From: Selaginella moellendorffii | Taxonomy: Eukaryota > Plantae > Lycopodiophyta | Assembly: GCF_000143415.4 (NCBI RefSeq) | Contig: NW_003314287.1 | Coordinates: 642,203 to 706,202 of the forward strand | Length of the DNA: 64,000 bases | Reading direction: 5' to 3' | Shown here: positions 1-11,867 of the stretch, piece by piece | How positions within the stretch are numbered: the stretch's first letter is position 1 | How the letters are laid out: the number at the start of each line of letters is the position of its first letter | Position numbers and translations under genes: made by a program | The notes under the pieces: model-generated | What the model was told of the DNA's origin: nothing | What the model saw: the letters and a program-made list of their open reading frames with translations, nothing else | The model's database searches: none

Positions 1-25
1 TCTTATGTCTTCTTTTGTTTTCCAG

Positions 26-810
26 GTTGCTCCTGCGAACAAGCGATGCAATGCCGGATTTGGAGTCGATGGAGGTGAGTTTTGATCGGTTTTTCACCAT
101 TCTAAGGAAGCTCTTTTCTTTTGTTGTTGTTCTAGCTATTCACCGTGGAGGAGGACCACGTCTTCTGGATGCTTGCCAGAAGCTCCCGGACGTAGCACCG
201 CAAGGCATCAAATGCGAGGTTGGGAATGCTGTGATCACAAGGTGGGTGTAGCAAGGCCTTCTCTCGGGATTCGTTGTCTTATGTTTGTTTCGTGGTTGCC
301 AGGGGATTCAATCTTCCTGCTTCTCGTGTGATTCACGCGATTGGTCCCGTCTACGAGGACAAGAACCGAGACGAGTCGGAGAGAAACCTCACCAATGCAT
401 ACAAGTAAGGCTCTTTGATCAGAAAAAAAATGTTTTTAATCTCTCGGTGGTTATAGGAGTGCTATCGCGTTAGCTCTCAAGGAAAGCATCAGATTCATGG
501 CGTTCCCTGCGCTCTCCTGTGAACTCTACGGGTAATTCTCGTCTTTCTAAGAGTTTCGAGTCCAAAAAATCGTCTTTTTTTCCAGATATCCTTACGACGA
601 GGGAGCCGAAGTTGCATTGAACGCTGTGATAAAAAACCACCATGGATTGTCTGAGGTATATGAAGTTTGAGCTAGAACCTTTTTTCATTTTTCTTTTCTT
701 TTTGTTCTCTCCAGGTCCATTTCATTATCAAGGCACAGGATGGATACGATTCCTGGATCGACGAGGCCAAGAGGATGTTTAGACACCAGCCACAGGCACT
801 GATGCAGTAG
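26..810 (+). CDS. Macrodomain (Appr-1-p/MacroD-like) protein, 5' part outside window, 6 exons visible
   Basis: Spliced translation VAPANKRCNAGFGVDG-AIHRGGGPRLLDAC...GFNLPASRVIHAIGPVY...FPALSCELYG-YP...VHF, GT-AG introns, TAG at 808-810. Confidence 0.9.
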
Positions 811-1199
811 CAGCAAAGTTGCGAGAGCTCTATTCCTCTTAACACAGTCTGTAGCTAGAAACTACGTTAAATTTCAATCTGGAAAATGTGTGCCGATCCA
901 ACGGCTGTGGCTCGCTCTCTACTTTGTATCCATCGGATGCCATTGCCTAGTTGTTATACGGCGGAATATCCAGATGAAGCAGGATATTTGAAAGAGAGCT
1001 CGAGGACGCAAAGCGCTAGGGCAGCGCAAAGGCGCAGGCGCGCGAGGCGTTGGAGGTCAGTCATTTCTTCTGCGCTTGGATGTAGATTCGTTAGCGCGCT
1101 TTCATCCGGGCCGGAAATCTCCCAGGGTTTTGGGTTTTGGCTGGAAATCTCGCATTCTTCTCGCCCTGTTCCTTTCTAGGATTTCTTCCGGCACTCACA

Positions 1200-2494
1200 A
1201 TGGCCGCATTCTTGTGTGAAACAATCGCAGGGAAGATGGGGGCCGTGGGAGTGGTCCAAGCTTCGCAGTTCTTGGGCGCGGTGAAATCGCCGCCAGGTCT
1301 ATCATCGCTAACGCAACACACCCAGCTCGTTGGGTCGAGCATTCGCAGGAAGAACAGCATCCACACGCAGCCATCGCTTCACATCAATTGCGCCATGGGC
1401 GGGCCTCGCTCGGCGGGAATGGATCGGCCTCGCAGGAGACCAAACTTCGATCGTCCCAGTGGAGAGAAGCCCGTTCCTCCGCCGCCACCCCCGCCAGAGC
1501 CCCTCACTGGGGCGGTCAAGTATAAGCTCTCGGATACGTGCACCATGGTGATTTGGAAGGGCGACTTGGGACTGTGGTATATCGATGGACAAAACGATGC
1601 TGTGGTAAGCAAAGCTTTCGCGTCTAGGCTTTTCTTTTCTCGCTCTTTTTTCTCTCGAAGAAGTCTGAAGTTCATGTTCGTTATTTTTTCTTCTTCGTTT
1701 TCCTAGGTGGCTCCTGCGAACAAAAGATGCAATGCCGGATATGGTGTCGATGGAAGTAAGCTTTGATGCGCTTTAAAAGCCAGGAAAACATCGAGCTAAA
1801 AGTTTCTAAATGGCAGCTATCCATCGCTTTGCGGGTCCGAGGTTGCTTGATACTTGCCAGAAGTTGCCCGACGTAGCACCTCAAGGGATCAAGTGCGAGG
1901 TCGGTCAGGCTGTGATCACAAGGTAAAGCTCTCTCTTTTTGATCTTAGAGTCTTGTCCACTTCATTCTTCCTTTCTTGCAGGGGTTTTAATCTCCAGGCG
2001 TCTCGTGTGATCCACGCTGTTGGTCCTGTTTACGAGGAGAAAAATCGAGACGAGTCCGAGAAAATGCTAACCAAGGCCTATGTGTAAGTTTCTACTATGA
2101 TGATCTGGAGCTGGATTTTGGCATTCTCTAAACTTCTTCGTTCTTTTTTTTCTCAGTGCTGCTTTGAATCTGGCAACTTCTAATGGCATTAAGTACATCG
2201 CATTTCCAGCTTTGTCTTGCGAGCTCTACGGGTATGTTTCATAGAAAAACTACAAAAGCTCAAGAGCTTGCATTCACCAGGTATCCCCACGACGAGGGAG
2301 CTGAGGTTGGTCTTACGGCTTTGAGGAAGAACTGGGCTGGTTTTCAAGAGGTTTGTTTGATTTCAATCTCTCGCTTTTTTTTTGTGGAATTCATGGTTTT
2401 GGATGGGTGTTTATAGATCCACTTTGTACTCAAGAATCCAGACGCTTATGAAGCGTGGCTAGACGAAGCAAAAAGAATGTGGAGGTTTGGCTAA
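1200..2494 (+). CDS. Macrodomain protein paralogue with probable N-terminal organellar transit peptide
   Basis: ATG 1200; Ser/Ala/Arg-rich N-terminus, polyPro linker, then WKGDL...DAV-VAPANKRCNAGYGVDG...SRVIHAVGPVY...FPALSCELYGYP; same intron positions as the upstream copy; TAA 2492-2494. Confidence 0.9.
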
Positions 2495-2709
2495 AGCTTC
2501 ACACACTATAGAGAATTTAAAATTATGCTTTTTGGATATTCTTATCTCGAGTCTACGCCGCCGACTTACCAACGGCTGGATGAGATTAAGTTTGAATTTG
2601 TGCTTTTTGGATATTCTTACCTCGAGCCCTAGAATTTAGAGCGAGAAGAGAGATGGGGATAGTGCTGTCGATATGCTTCGAATGGTCAGCTCCGACGCTC
2701 GCCCCCGCC

Positions 2710-5116
2710 ATGTCACTCAAGAGCGCCTCACTCCGGCGTCTTCGATCTCTCACGCCCTGGGCGATCCAGGTGATTCCAAGCATGGATCGGCAAAAGCGCG
2801 CTTCACAGATTCTAGGTTTTGCAGGATAGCAGGGAATTTCTGGTGAGAACGAAGAAATTTGCCATCAAGGAGCACATACAATGCAAGTTTGAGGGTCTCG
2901 GATCCTCGGAACGCTGCCGATGCGAAGATTTCAAGCAGCAAAAGGGGCAGCCAGCGATTGTGGGACTCCATTCCAACTGGGTGACTGACAACATAGTAGC
3001 TACAGCTCGTCCATCGGATGCTCTCATCGGTGATTATTCCGTGCTAGAACAGGTAAGAACGTGAATCTCAGAGTAAATGCTACTACTGTTGTTGCATGGA
3101 CAGTTTGCAAAATGCGGTTTAGGTGCGATTTTCAATCTCCAAGAGCCTGGCGAGCATGGAGATTGTGGACCAGGAATCAAAGTCGAGAGTGGATTTTCAT
3201 ACACACCAGAAAGTCTCATGAGAAACAAGAGTAACTCCCGTTATACTCCAGTGTTTATTGTTTTTTTCTTCTTCTTTTCGGTGATTCGGCAGTCTTCTAT
3301 TATAACTTTCCATGGAGGGACATGACTTGCCCGAGCGTCGAGTACACTCTGAACATTGTGGCAGTGATGGATTTCCACATTTCTAAGGGAGCTAAGGTTT
3401 GTTTTGTGATCTTTGCGACCTTCGCGATCTTCAGAAGAGTTTTTCTATGCAGGTAGCTGTTCACTGTCATTCCGGACTTGGTAAGTTACTTTCATCTCAT
3501 TGTAAGCAGCTTTCTTACGGTTCGTTTGCCACAGGACGCACTGGGCTTGTGATTGCTTGCTACTTGGTGTACACGGGGCAAAGGAATGCTGTCGGAGTAC
3601 GTTCTCTTGCAGTTAGATCTTCTTTTTACGAGCTAAATGCAGCTTTTTCCTGTGGCTCAGGCTGTGGAGCTGGTCCGCATGCATAGGTTTGCCACCATTT
3701 TCCCCAGCGATTCAACATATTTCTGTGCGTATTTAATCAAAAGTCTTAGCACACTGAGCCGTGAACTTACATGCATTTTACAGACCAGGAGCTCTTCAAA
3801 CAAAACAACAAGTGCTGCACGTGAAAGAGTTTGAGGACTTTCTATCAGGATTGAAGATTGTGTACGTGCAGCCTTGGCAAACTCTGGACAATGCCGGTAC
3901 CAAAGGAACGCATCCGACGCTAGAAATTTTGATGGCAAGGCAAAGACAAATGCTTCATGGGGAAGAAAGTCGCCTTCTCCGATATACTCCAAAGGTAACA
4001 GACGTCTAGCGCTTTTGTTGAGGACTTTCTTGGTACAGGTTTTGGTGTGTTTGGTTCGGGAGCTTTCAAGCCGTATTGTTTTGAGCAAAATCAACAAAGA
4101 AGCAGTCGCTTCTGCTCTTTTGCAAGGATTGGCACTTGAGATGACAAGCGAAAAAGATCAAAACTTCATCTCAGACGTACAAACGGCGAAGGTATCAATA
4201 ACTTTTTGTGGATGTATACTATTTGCCGTCCATAATCATGCAGAAAAAGCTAAACACGGGCAATTGGGAGGTACTTTGTAGCCTCGATGTTCGAATACTT
4301 GTGCAGCTGTTTCTAGATTGGTTTTACCTTCTTAAGGTCTGAGCAACTTCTTGTTCCTAGTAGCGCTCAGACCATCGTTTCTGGCAGGATCCCATAATCC
4401 CCGATGCAGCTTTAAGCAAAGCGTTAAGTCGTGGCGAGATTCGAGCTGCAAATTACGAGCTAAAGAAAGGTGGCAAGTGTTGCTTTTACACAATCAGGCT
4501 GTTGGCTTGCTGGATGCTTCAGGTACTATTTCCCTTTACTCCGTCGCAACTGCGCAACAACTATCTATGACAGGTTGTTCCGGCAGAAAAAGACATGCGA
4601 CGCAGATTGTTTAGCGGCTTGGCACATTTATTACTTCGACCGTCGAGTCTGGCCAGCGAGGGAAAAGTAGAGCTCTTGGACAAGATTGTAGATCCATTAA
4701 ATCAGGAACATCAGAAGACGGTGGAGAGAAGCAGCACCTTTTCTCCATCGCTGCTGGAGGTAGAGTTCGGTTTGCTTTTGGAGGCGGCTGCGAAATACTG
4801 GTACAAAGTTTTGCTCCTGCAACGCAAGCTCGGCCCACTAAGCTCCATCAGTCCCAAGCTGAAAACAACCAAGAGCGACGACTTATGGGTGTACGACAAG
4901 GCTGGTATCGAGGCAGAGATTTGTAGCAATCCGGAGAGCGTCGAGGAGCTGCAAAGTGGCAACGAAGACGTCCAAGAATACATGTCAACTGTTTGTGTAG
5001 AAGATATCATCGACGAGGTCTCGTCTAGCGGACAGCTCGTCTTACCGAGCGCAACCTCCACTCCCATATCATCGAGGCCGGAATCCAGCAATGTGTCAAC
5101 TCCTCACAGAGGCTGA
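2710..5116 (+). CDS. PTPDC1: Protein tyrosine phosphatase domain-containing protein 1-like (dual-specificity phosphatase), multi-exon
   Basis: HSNWVTDNIVATARPS, IFNLQEPGEHGDCG...SGFSY, YNFPWRDM, catalytic VAVHCHSGLGRTG (CX5R), RPGALQT; start may be 2653 or 2710; 3' end uncertain. Confidence 0.82.
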
Positions 5117-6960
5117 CATGACTCCGGCAAAGCGAGGTAGCATCTCTTTTAGCGGGGGGGGGGCTTAAAGCGACTCACAGGCATCTCGGGGAGCTTGCGA
5201 CACGTATGTGAAAGTGGCAGTGGTTACTGTGAAGGCATCGATCACAAAGCAAGGTTGTCACAGGTAGAGTGGAACAGGAAAGTTGAGAAGCGATGGATCG
5301 TATATGTGAAAGTAAAGGTACTTCAAAAGCAGCCGAGTCAACAGGGGAGAAATAAAGGCGCAAACTTTTCATCGCTCTCGTGTCCAGCTCAGAGGAGAAA
5401 TCGGTTTCTTCCTTGTTCTTCGACTCCTCAACTTCGCGGAACGAGCGCGTTGATAGAATCTTTGCACACCGGGGAGTCAAAAGCGGTAACGTGTTGCTTT
5501 TTCTAGTTCTCGTTTTGTCTTTGCCTCACCTAATATAATCAGATCGATCGATCGATTGGTGGAGCAATGGCTGGGTGATCATCGATCATATACGATTATT
5601 ACACTACAGCTTCAAAGCTACCAAAGCTCTACAACTTGACTGTTCGACTGTGCATAAGGTAAGTCTACCTCTGATCCATCCTTTCCATTGTGACTTGACA
5701 TATTGTTTTCTCGTTGTTGGTAGGATTGACTCAACGCCCCCAGGATTCGACGCTTCTTCGCCTCGTCTCAGAGACACAAAATGGTTGTGTTCCTTGAACC
5801 GTGCTCGCGAGCTCGACAAAACACAATCGGATCAGAGCCATAAAAAGCCTCTCGCGTGACAATCCTCAACCATAATCCGGACGTTGACACGGCGAGATCA
5901 AACTTTATTTTGTAGCTGGGAAAGAGAAGCAAAAGTTGCTAATGAGCGCTGAGAAAAGCGCGGCTGTCTTTGTCGACGAACACCACACTGTTTAGTTTTA
6001 TCGCCGCTCCCAGATCGGCTGCTGGCACGATTGGCCCTGGCGATTAAAACAAGAAAAGAAAAATCTCTCGCACGAGAGGTGGTCCAGATAATCACATCGA
6101 TCGTACCGGCGTGAGCGGTCGAGGTGAATAGAAACACAAGTATGCGTAGCTGGTGCTAGTCTGTGGAAGATCCCTCTATCGTGAATCTAAACTTCCAGAA
6201 GGTGAAACTTCTCCCCTTCGTAAGCAAAAACAACCAAGATGAGCGAAGGCTCCACCGCCAAAGAAAGGTCGATAGCTTCAGTGGAAGTTTTTGCCCGCTT
6301 TAGCACCTAGCGCGAAGAACTTAGCACCGAACTTGGAGCTATCCCTGCCACCAAACGATGCCGAAGCGAGCAAAGTCTTGGCAGGTAAAGCTGTGGGGCT
6401 TTCAACACGGGAAGAAAGCCCTTCTTTTTGTTTGTGAGTGTGTGTCTTCTACAATGGCAGGAGAGGACCACTCTACTCTATATGTGAAGGAGCTCCAGTG
6501 GAAAGTTTTGCGTGATCTAGTGGCGCGTACATCAGCTTGAGCGATCCAAACTAATGGAAAGGGCCAACAAAATGGGAGAGTATGAAAGGTTAACAAATAC
6601 AGGGCCACATTTTTGTGCCATTTTTTCTAAACATGTAAAAAGGGAAAAATTTCTCCTGGAGAATCAAGGAGATAAAGATACCGAAAAAGAAGAGATGTAT
6701 CATGTACAACGTTATAATCTCCCACCTAATCGAGAGGATCGAAAGGAAAAAAAAGAACAAAACTAAGAATCGATCGATCGATATTTACTTTTTCCCCCCT
6801 CCCTTGCGTTTTGATCTTCTTTCTCCGCTGCCCTGTCGTTGCCTTGTCGTTGTTCCTGTGTTGATTACCTCCACCTATAAGCTGCTGTACACGAAAGAGA
6901 AACTTGGGAGAAGTCGATCAGCGAGCGAGCGACCCCACCTTGTCACTCCCAGATCCTCCA

Positions 6961-8393
6961 TCAAAACTCGCCAAAACAATCCCGCTCGCGATTATCCGAG
7001 AACTCGTACGAGATCGTCGACGAGGAGCTACGCCGGCTGTCAATCTCCTCCTCCTCCTCTTTCCTCATCGAGGACGAGCTCACCTTGGAGGAGCTCCAAC
7101 TCATGGTGGTGGCCGGGGTGGACTGGATCGTGGTTGCCGGCATCGTTTGCTTGAGCAGCTCGTCCACTGTCACCACCTCCATCCTCTCCTCATCAATCGC
7201 CAGAGGCTCCGGAACCCACGGCGGACGGGCGACGTGTTGGATCGCCTCCCAGTCCACGCCCCGGAAGAAAGCGTGTGACTTGATCTCCTCGGCGCCACCT
7301 TGGCACCCCAGCCTCTTGGTCGGGTCTTTCGCCAGGAGCTTGGAGATCAAGTCGCTCGCCTCTGTCCAGTCCCCAGGAAATGCCGGCTGCGAGCTCAGGA
7401 TGTTTAGAAACGTCTCCCTCCGGTTCCTCCCCTTGAACGGCGTCACCCCGTAGATCATCTCGTAGAGGAAGACTCCAAGTGTCCACCAGTCGAGCGGCTT
7501 GCCGTGCCCGGATCCCAGGATCATCTCCGGGGCGACGTACTCCTCGGTTCCCACAAAGGACTGCGACTTGATTTCCTTGGCGGCTGCCGCCGCTGCGGCT
7601 GCTCCTTTCCTTCCTCTCATCTCCGAGGGAAAGATTTTCTTTGTTGGGCGATGAGACGGCTTAACGTCCACCGCCTTGCGAGCAGCGCATCCGACATCCA
7701 CTGACAGGGGCGTTGAGCACATGAATGGAAGTTTCTTCATCTTGTTTTGCTTGGGCTGCGGAGCTGGAGCTGGAGCTGGAGCTCCAGGATGATGGTGGTG
7801 GTCACGGTCCTGCTCGATCCTCACGGACAGATCGAAATCCGTAAGCATTATGTGACCATCTTCCTGGATGAGAACGTTCTCGGGCTTGAGATCCCTGTAT
7901 ATGATCCCGGACTTGTGGAGATACTCGATCGCTAGGCAAACCTCCGCGGCATAGAATCTGGAAGGGAAAAGGAAAGGCAAAGTAAGAAAACCACAACTTC
8001 TCGGATGAGAGCTTTCGCTTACCGAGCGGCATTCTCCGAGAATCGTTTCTCGGGCTGGCGCTGCCGGAGCCTGTTCATGTCACCCCCGGGGCAGTAATCC
8101 ATGACGAAGTAGATGTTCTTCTTGGACTCGAAATGGCTGAAAAGCTTGGGCGTGAAAGAATGAGAGAGCATCGAGAGTATCTCCAGCTCCCTCTCCACTC
8201 GGTACTGGTTGTGCCGGGCCTTCACCACCTCCTTGTTCATCACTTTCATCGCCAAGGGCTGTCCCGTGTTTCTCAGCGTCGCCAGAAACACCGTCCCCAT
8301 GTCGCCATACCCAAGCCTCTTGAGCGCGTTGAAATCGTCGGATTCGTAGCCCGGCACGAGATCGGAGCCATGGCTATCGCTCCTCGACAGCAT
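6961..8393 (-). CDS. AGCVIII Ser/Thr kinase, AGC2 (OXI1/UNICORN-like) group; exons 8393-8023 and 7957-6961
   Basis: LGYGDMGTVF, YRDLKPEN, MLTDFDLS (DFD), subdomain VII-VIII insertion, SFVGTEEYVAPE, C-terminal FxxF (FGEF); GT-AG intron 7958-8022. Confidence 0.93.
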
Positions 8394-8690
8394 CTCGATC
8401 GAAATCTTGCCAAATTCCGTGAATTCCCCGCAGGATATCCCTGGATCGGCGATATTTCCTTCACAGACCCCCTCTCAGCTCGCCGCCTAAGCCCTGTGAC
8501 CGAATCGCGCCGTGAAGGGAAAGAAATCTACTAGATCGCTGGACGAAGAAGAATCGCAGAAACCCGCAGCTACAATACCTTGGCATTGTGACCGATCATC
8601 AAAGTCACAGCCGGGGAAGAACTAGAGATCGCGCAAAAACCTAGCGCCTTCGTCTTCTCCTTCTTCTTCCTTTCGAAAGAAAGACCGCCC

Positions 8691-8721
8691 TATAAATATA
8701 GCCGAAAAGTGCGCCACGTGT
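8691..8721 (-). promoter_or_regulatory. TATA-like box and G-box/ABRE upstream of the AGC kinase
   Basis: TATAAATATA at 8691-8700 and GCCACGTGTC at 8712-8721 (ACGTGGC on the minus strand), about 300 bp upstream of the ATG. Confidence 0.45.
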
Positions 8722-9323
8722 CCTCTGGCGGGAAAACTCCGTAAATTCGTGCGGCCTCGATGCCGAAACCGTTCGATGTGACGCATGCGCGCCGTTGGAT
8801 CCGGGATTTGCAGATATTGTTTGTGGGATTTGATCACTAGTTTTTTGCCTTTGGAGATTTAGGGCTTATAAACTTTGAATGCAAATAGATCACTCACTGT
8901 TGCTTATCAACTTTGGAGATTATTTGCGATACAATACACTAATGCGCCCAACTAGATCATTCCAACTCGAATCTCTTACACTCCAAAGTTGAGATTGGGT
9001 ATCTGGCGACCAATGTTTTCTAATCTTTGCAAATCGAGTTGACGATCGATCAATCGAAAGATATCATATAATGCGAGGGAACGAACAGATCGTGCGCGCG
9101 CGTATCATCGCTATCTTTGGGTCAAAAGCTTCCCACACGTTGTCAAATGCCCATGCCAGTTGCCAGATTTGGACCTCCTCACCAAACAAATCCCATCCCA
9201 CGTTTAGTGTTTTTTGTCAACAGGTGCGTCTTTCGTGAGAAAGAATCTCTTGGAAGAATGGTTGTTACCGTATTTAATACGCCAAGAGAAGAGAAGCAAA
9301 AACAAATACATACCTTTGATTCC

Positions 9324-11075
9324 TAAGCCGGTGACAAGAGGATTCGCCACACGGAGGAGGCGATCTCGACTTGAAGCTCAGCTGGTCTCGAATGCGGCTG
9401 GAGCGTCAAACTGGAGTGAGCGTGGCGAGCTCTTTGTTTGATCCCTGGCAAAGAAACCACCAGTCCAATCCATCAGCAGTTCCATCAAACAAGAGGACGC
9501 TCGAAAGGCTCGTAAGAGATGAGGAGCATACCTCTTTGACGACCAAAGCCGTGAAGCTACCGTACGCGGAGGAGCTTTTCTCCTCGGGCTCCATGCTGCT
9601 CGCCATCGATCAGCGTCACTGTGCTTTTGCTGCTCTAGTCGTGGGAGAAATCGCTGCTGTTGGACGCGGACTTCGCACCGGCAGTGGCTGTGTTCTAGAA
9701 ATCCTCACGCTGCCGATGCGCGATCGCTGGCGATGGCGAGTGACACGGAAGAAGCCGTGAGAAGCCACGAGGACGATGGCCACTGCCAAGGAGACCTGGG
9801 AGGCTGGCGTCGTCGACCGCGGTAGAAGGTCGCTACTGACCAGCAAGCGAGGAGAATACGTCTGTAAGTCGTCGACGTTCTCAAGCTCCGGAAGCTCGTC
9901 ACCAACACTGGACAGGCCCTCGCCGCTGTGAACTTCACGTACAGTAGTAGCGTCGTCGTCACTTGAGGATTCCTGACTCTTCTTCTGCGGCCTTTGTGAA
10001 CTCCAAAGACTCGCCAGCCAAGATGCTTCCCACATCATGATAAAACTCCACGTCTTCGTGTTCCATCAGCTCCAAGTATCTCTGCTGGACGTCTCGCTCG
10101 GACCGTCATGAGCAGCGCATCCAGCTCCAAGGAATCTACCGAAAACAAACTGAGACCTGTGCTCTGATTGCGAAAGCTCTCGCTTACATCGTAGTCAAGA
10201 GACCATTCCCAGTCGTCGAAGTCAGCAAAGTCTCTTGTCACCAAGATGCTTAGTCCGAGTGAACTTCTGCCTTAAGGTGGAGACACTGCTTTCGCTCGCG
10301 ATGTCTGTATCCGTTATATCGATTGCTACATGAACTTCAGCATGAATGATGCTGCTCTCAAAGTCGTGCCGAATGGCGCTTCCTCCTGTTCAGTCACTAC
10401 CACTTCACCATTTTCCTTCCCTTCTATCGTCTGGTTGATCGATCAGCACCTAGCTTTTCCTGGAAATGGTCGTCCAAACTTTCCTGTGGTTCTTCAGTGG
10501 CTCGTACATCCTTCGGTAAGAACCTCGGTAGCAACATCTTCGACGTGAAACAAACGCTCTTCGTTGCTGAGACACTCTTCTTCGGCAAAACACTTCCATC
10601 ACCCGTTGCGTTTTCTCCTCGAGACTTGAGAGACTCGATGGGACATTCCAGAGTCTCACCTTCTTTAAGCTCGAGACTGCTGAGAAACTCCAGACGCCAG
10701 TCAAAACTTCGGCCTGGGAGTCCGCCAGTTCACCTTCGGATCATACCTGTTCATTCGAGCTCTCCAATCCATGGCTCTCGGCGGAGAAAGTGTAAACCGC
10801 AAAGTTGGGCTTGGCGGAGACATCGACAGCGACGACAAGCTCTCGTCGCTGCTGCTATCAGCACTGTAGAGAGCGATAATGCTCTTGGTGGTTCCTGGTC
10901 TACAGCACGCCAGTCCTGTTCCTGGTTTTCCCGAAGGATCGTCTTAGAGCTGCTGGTCGTAGTCAAGGAATTCCAGACCTTGAATTTTCCTCCACTATCC
11001 ACAGCCACATTCTCTTTGAACGATAAGTCAAGCCCGCCGATGATAGCTGTGAAGGCAAAGTCAGGGCTAGAGCAG
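9324..11075 (-). pseudogene. Degraded tandem copy of the downstream membrane protein gene
   Basis: Colinear with ~11868-13680 (SSPDFAFTAII, VTRDFADFDDWEWS, YGSFTA, GSNKEL) but broken by many deletions and frameshifts. Confidence 0.85.
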
Positions 11076-11169
11076 AAAGAATGGATTGCTTTTGCCTCTC
11101 TTCTCGTGCCTTCTTCTTTTGCCTCTCTCTTGTTGTGCTTAATGGTGGAGCCTGCCATCTTTTGCCTCT

Positions 11170-11188
11170 AAACCCTAAACCCTAAACC
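11170..11188 (+). promoter_or_regulatory. Tandem telo-box
   Basis: AAACCCTAAACCCTAAACC. Confidence 0.55.
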
Positions 11189-11867
11189 AGCTCCAATGAG
11201 AAACAAAGCTTTTGTTTTCTCTCCCAGAAGGATTTTCATTACGCAGCCATGAAGTTGGCCGGTTCTCCAAGAAAGAAAAAACAGGACGATTACAAGCAGC
11301 CCCGGACGCATGTCCGAGGAAGACAAGGAGCAAACCGTGTCAAACATCGCAAACCACATCTGCGGACGAGTTCATCCAAGAGCGTCAAATGGGCCTCTTC
11401 CGGAAATGCGATGGGGATCGAGAAAAAGAAGTCGCCGAAACCGTATACCATGATCGCCTAAAGGAAAGCAAGTTTGCATGGGGGGAACTCAGTTTTAATC
11501 CACGTGGCGCAGCAGCACAAGAAACTCGAATTTCTTACACTGATTGGGTATCGGGCAACCATGGTTTTCTAATCGAATTGACGAACAATGACTCTAAAGA
11601 TACCATATAATGCAAGGGATCGTATCATCGTCCCCCGAGAATATGGGGATCGAATATGCAACATCAATATCTTTGGGTCAAAAGCCTCACACACGTTGTC
11701 AAATGCCTTTGCAAGTTGTTGGATTTGGACTTCCTCACCAAACAAATCCCACGCTTTGTTTTTTTTGTCAACAGGTGCGCGATAGATTCTTAAGACTGGA
11801 TGGAAACGGTATTTATACACAAGAGAAGAGAAGTAAACTGATACATACCTTTGATCTCTTGTTTGAG

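Noticed and set aside
6702-7453. Long plus-strand ORFs over the kinase
   Set aside because: Antisense to a GC-rich coding exon
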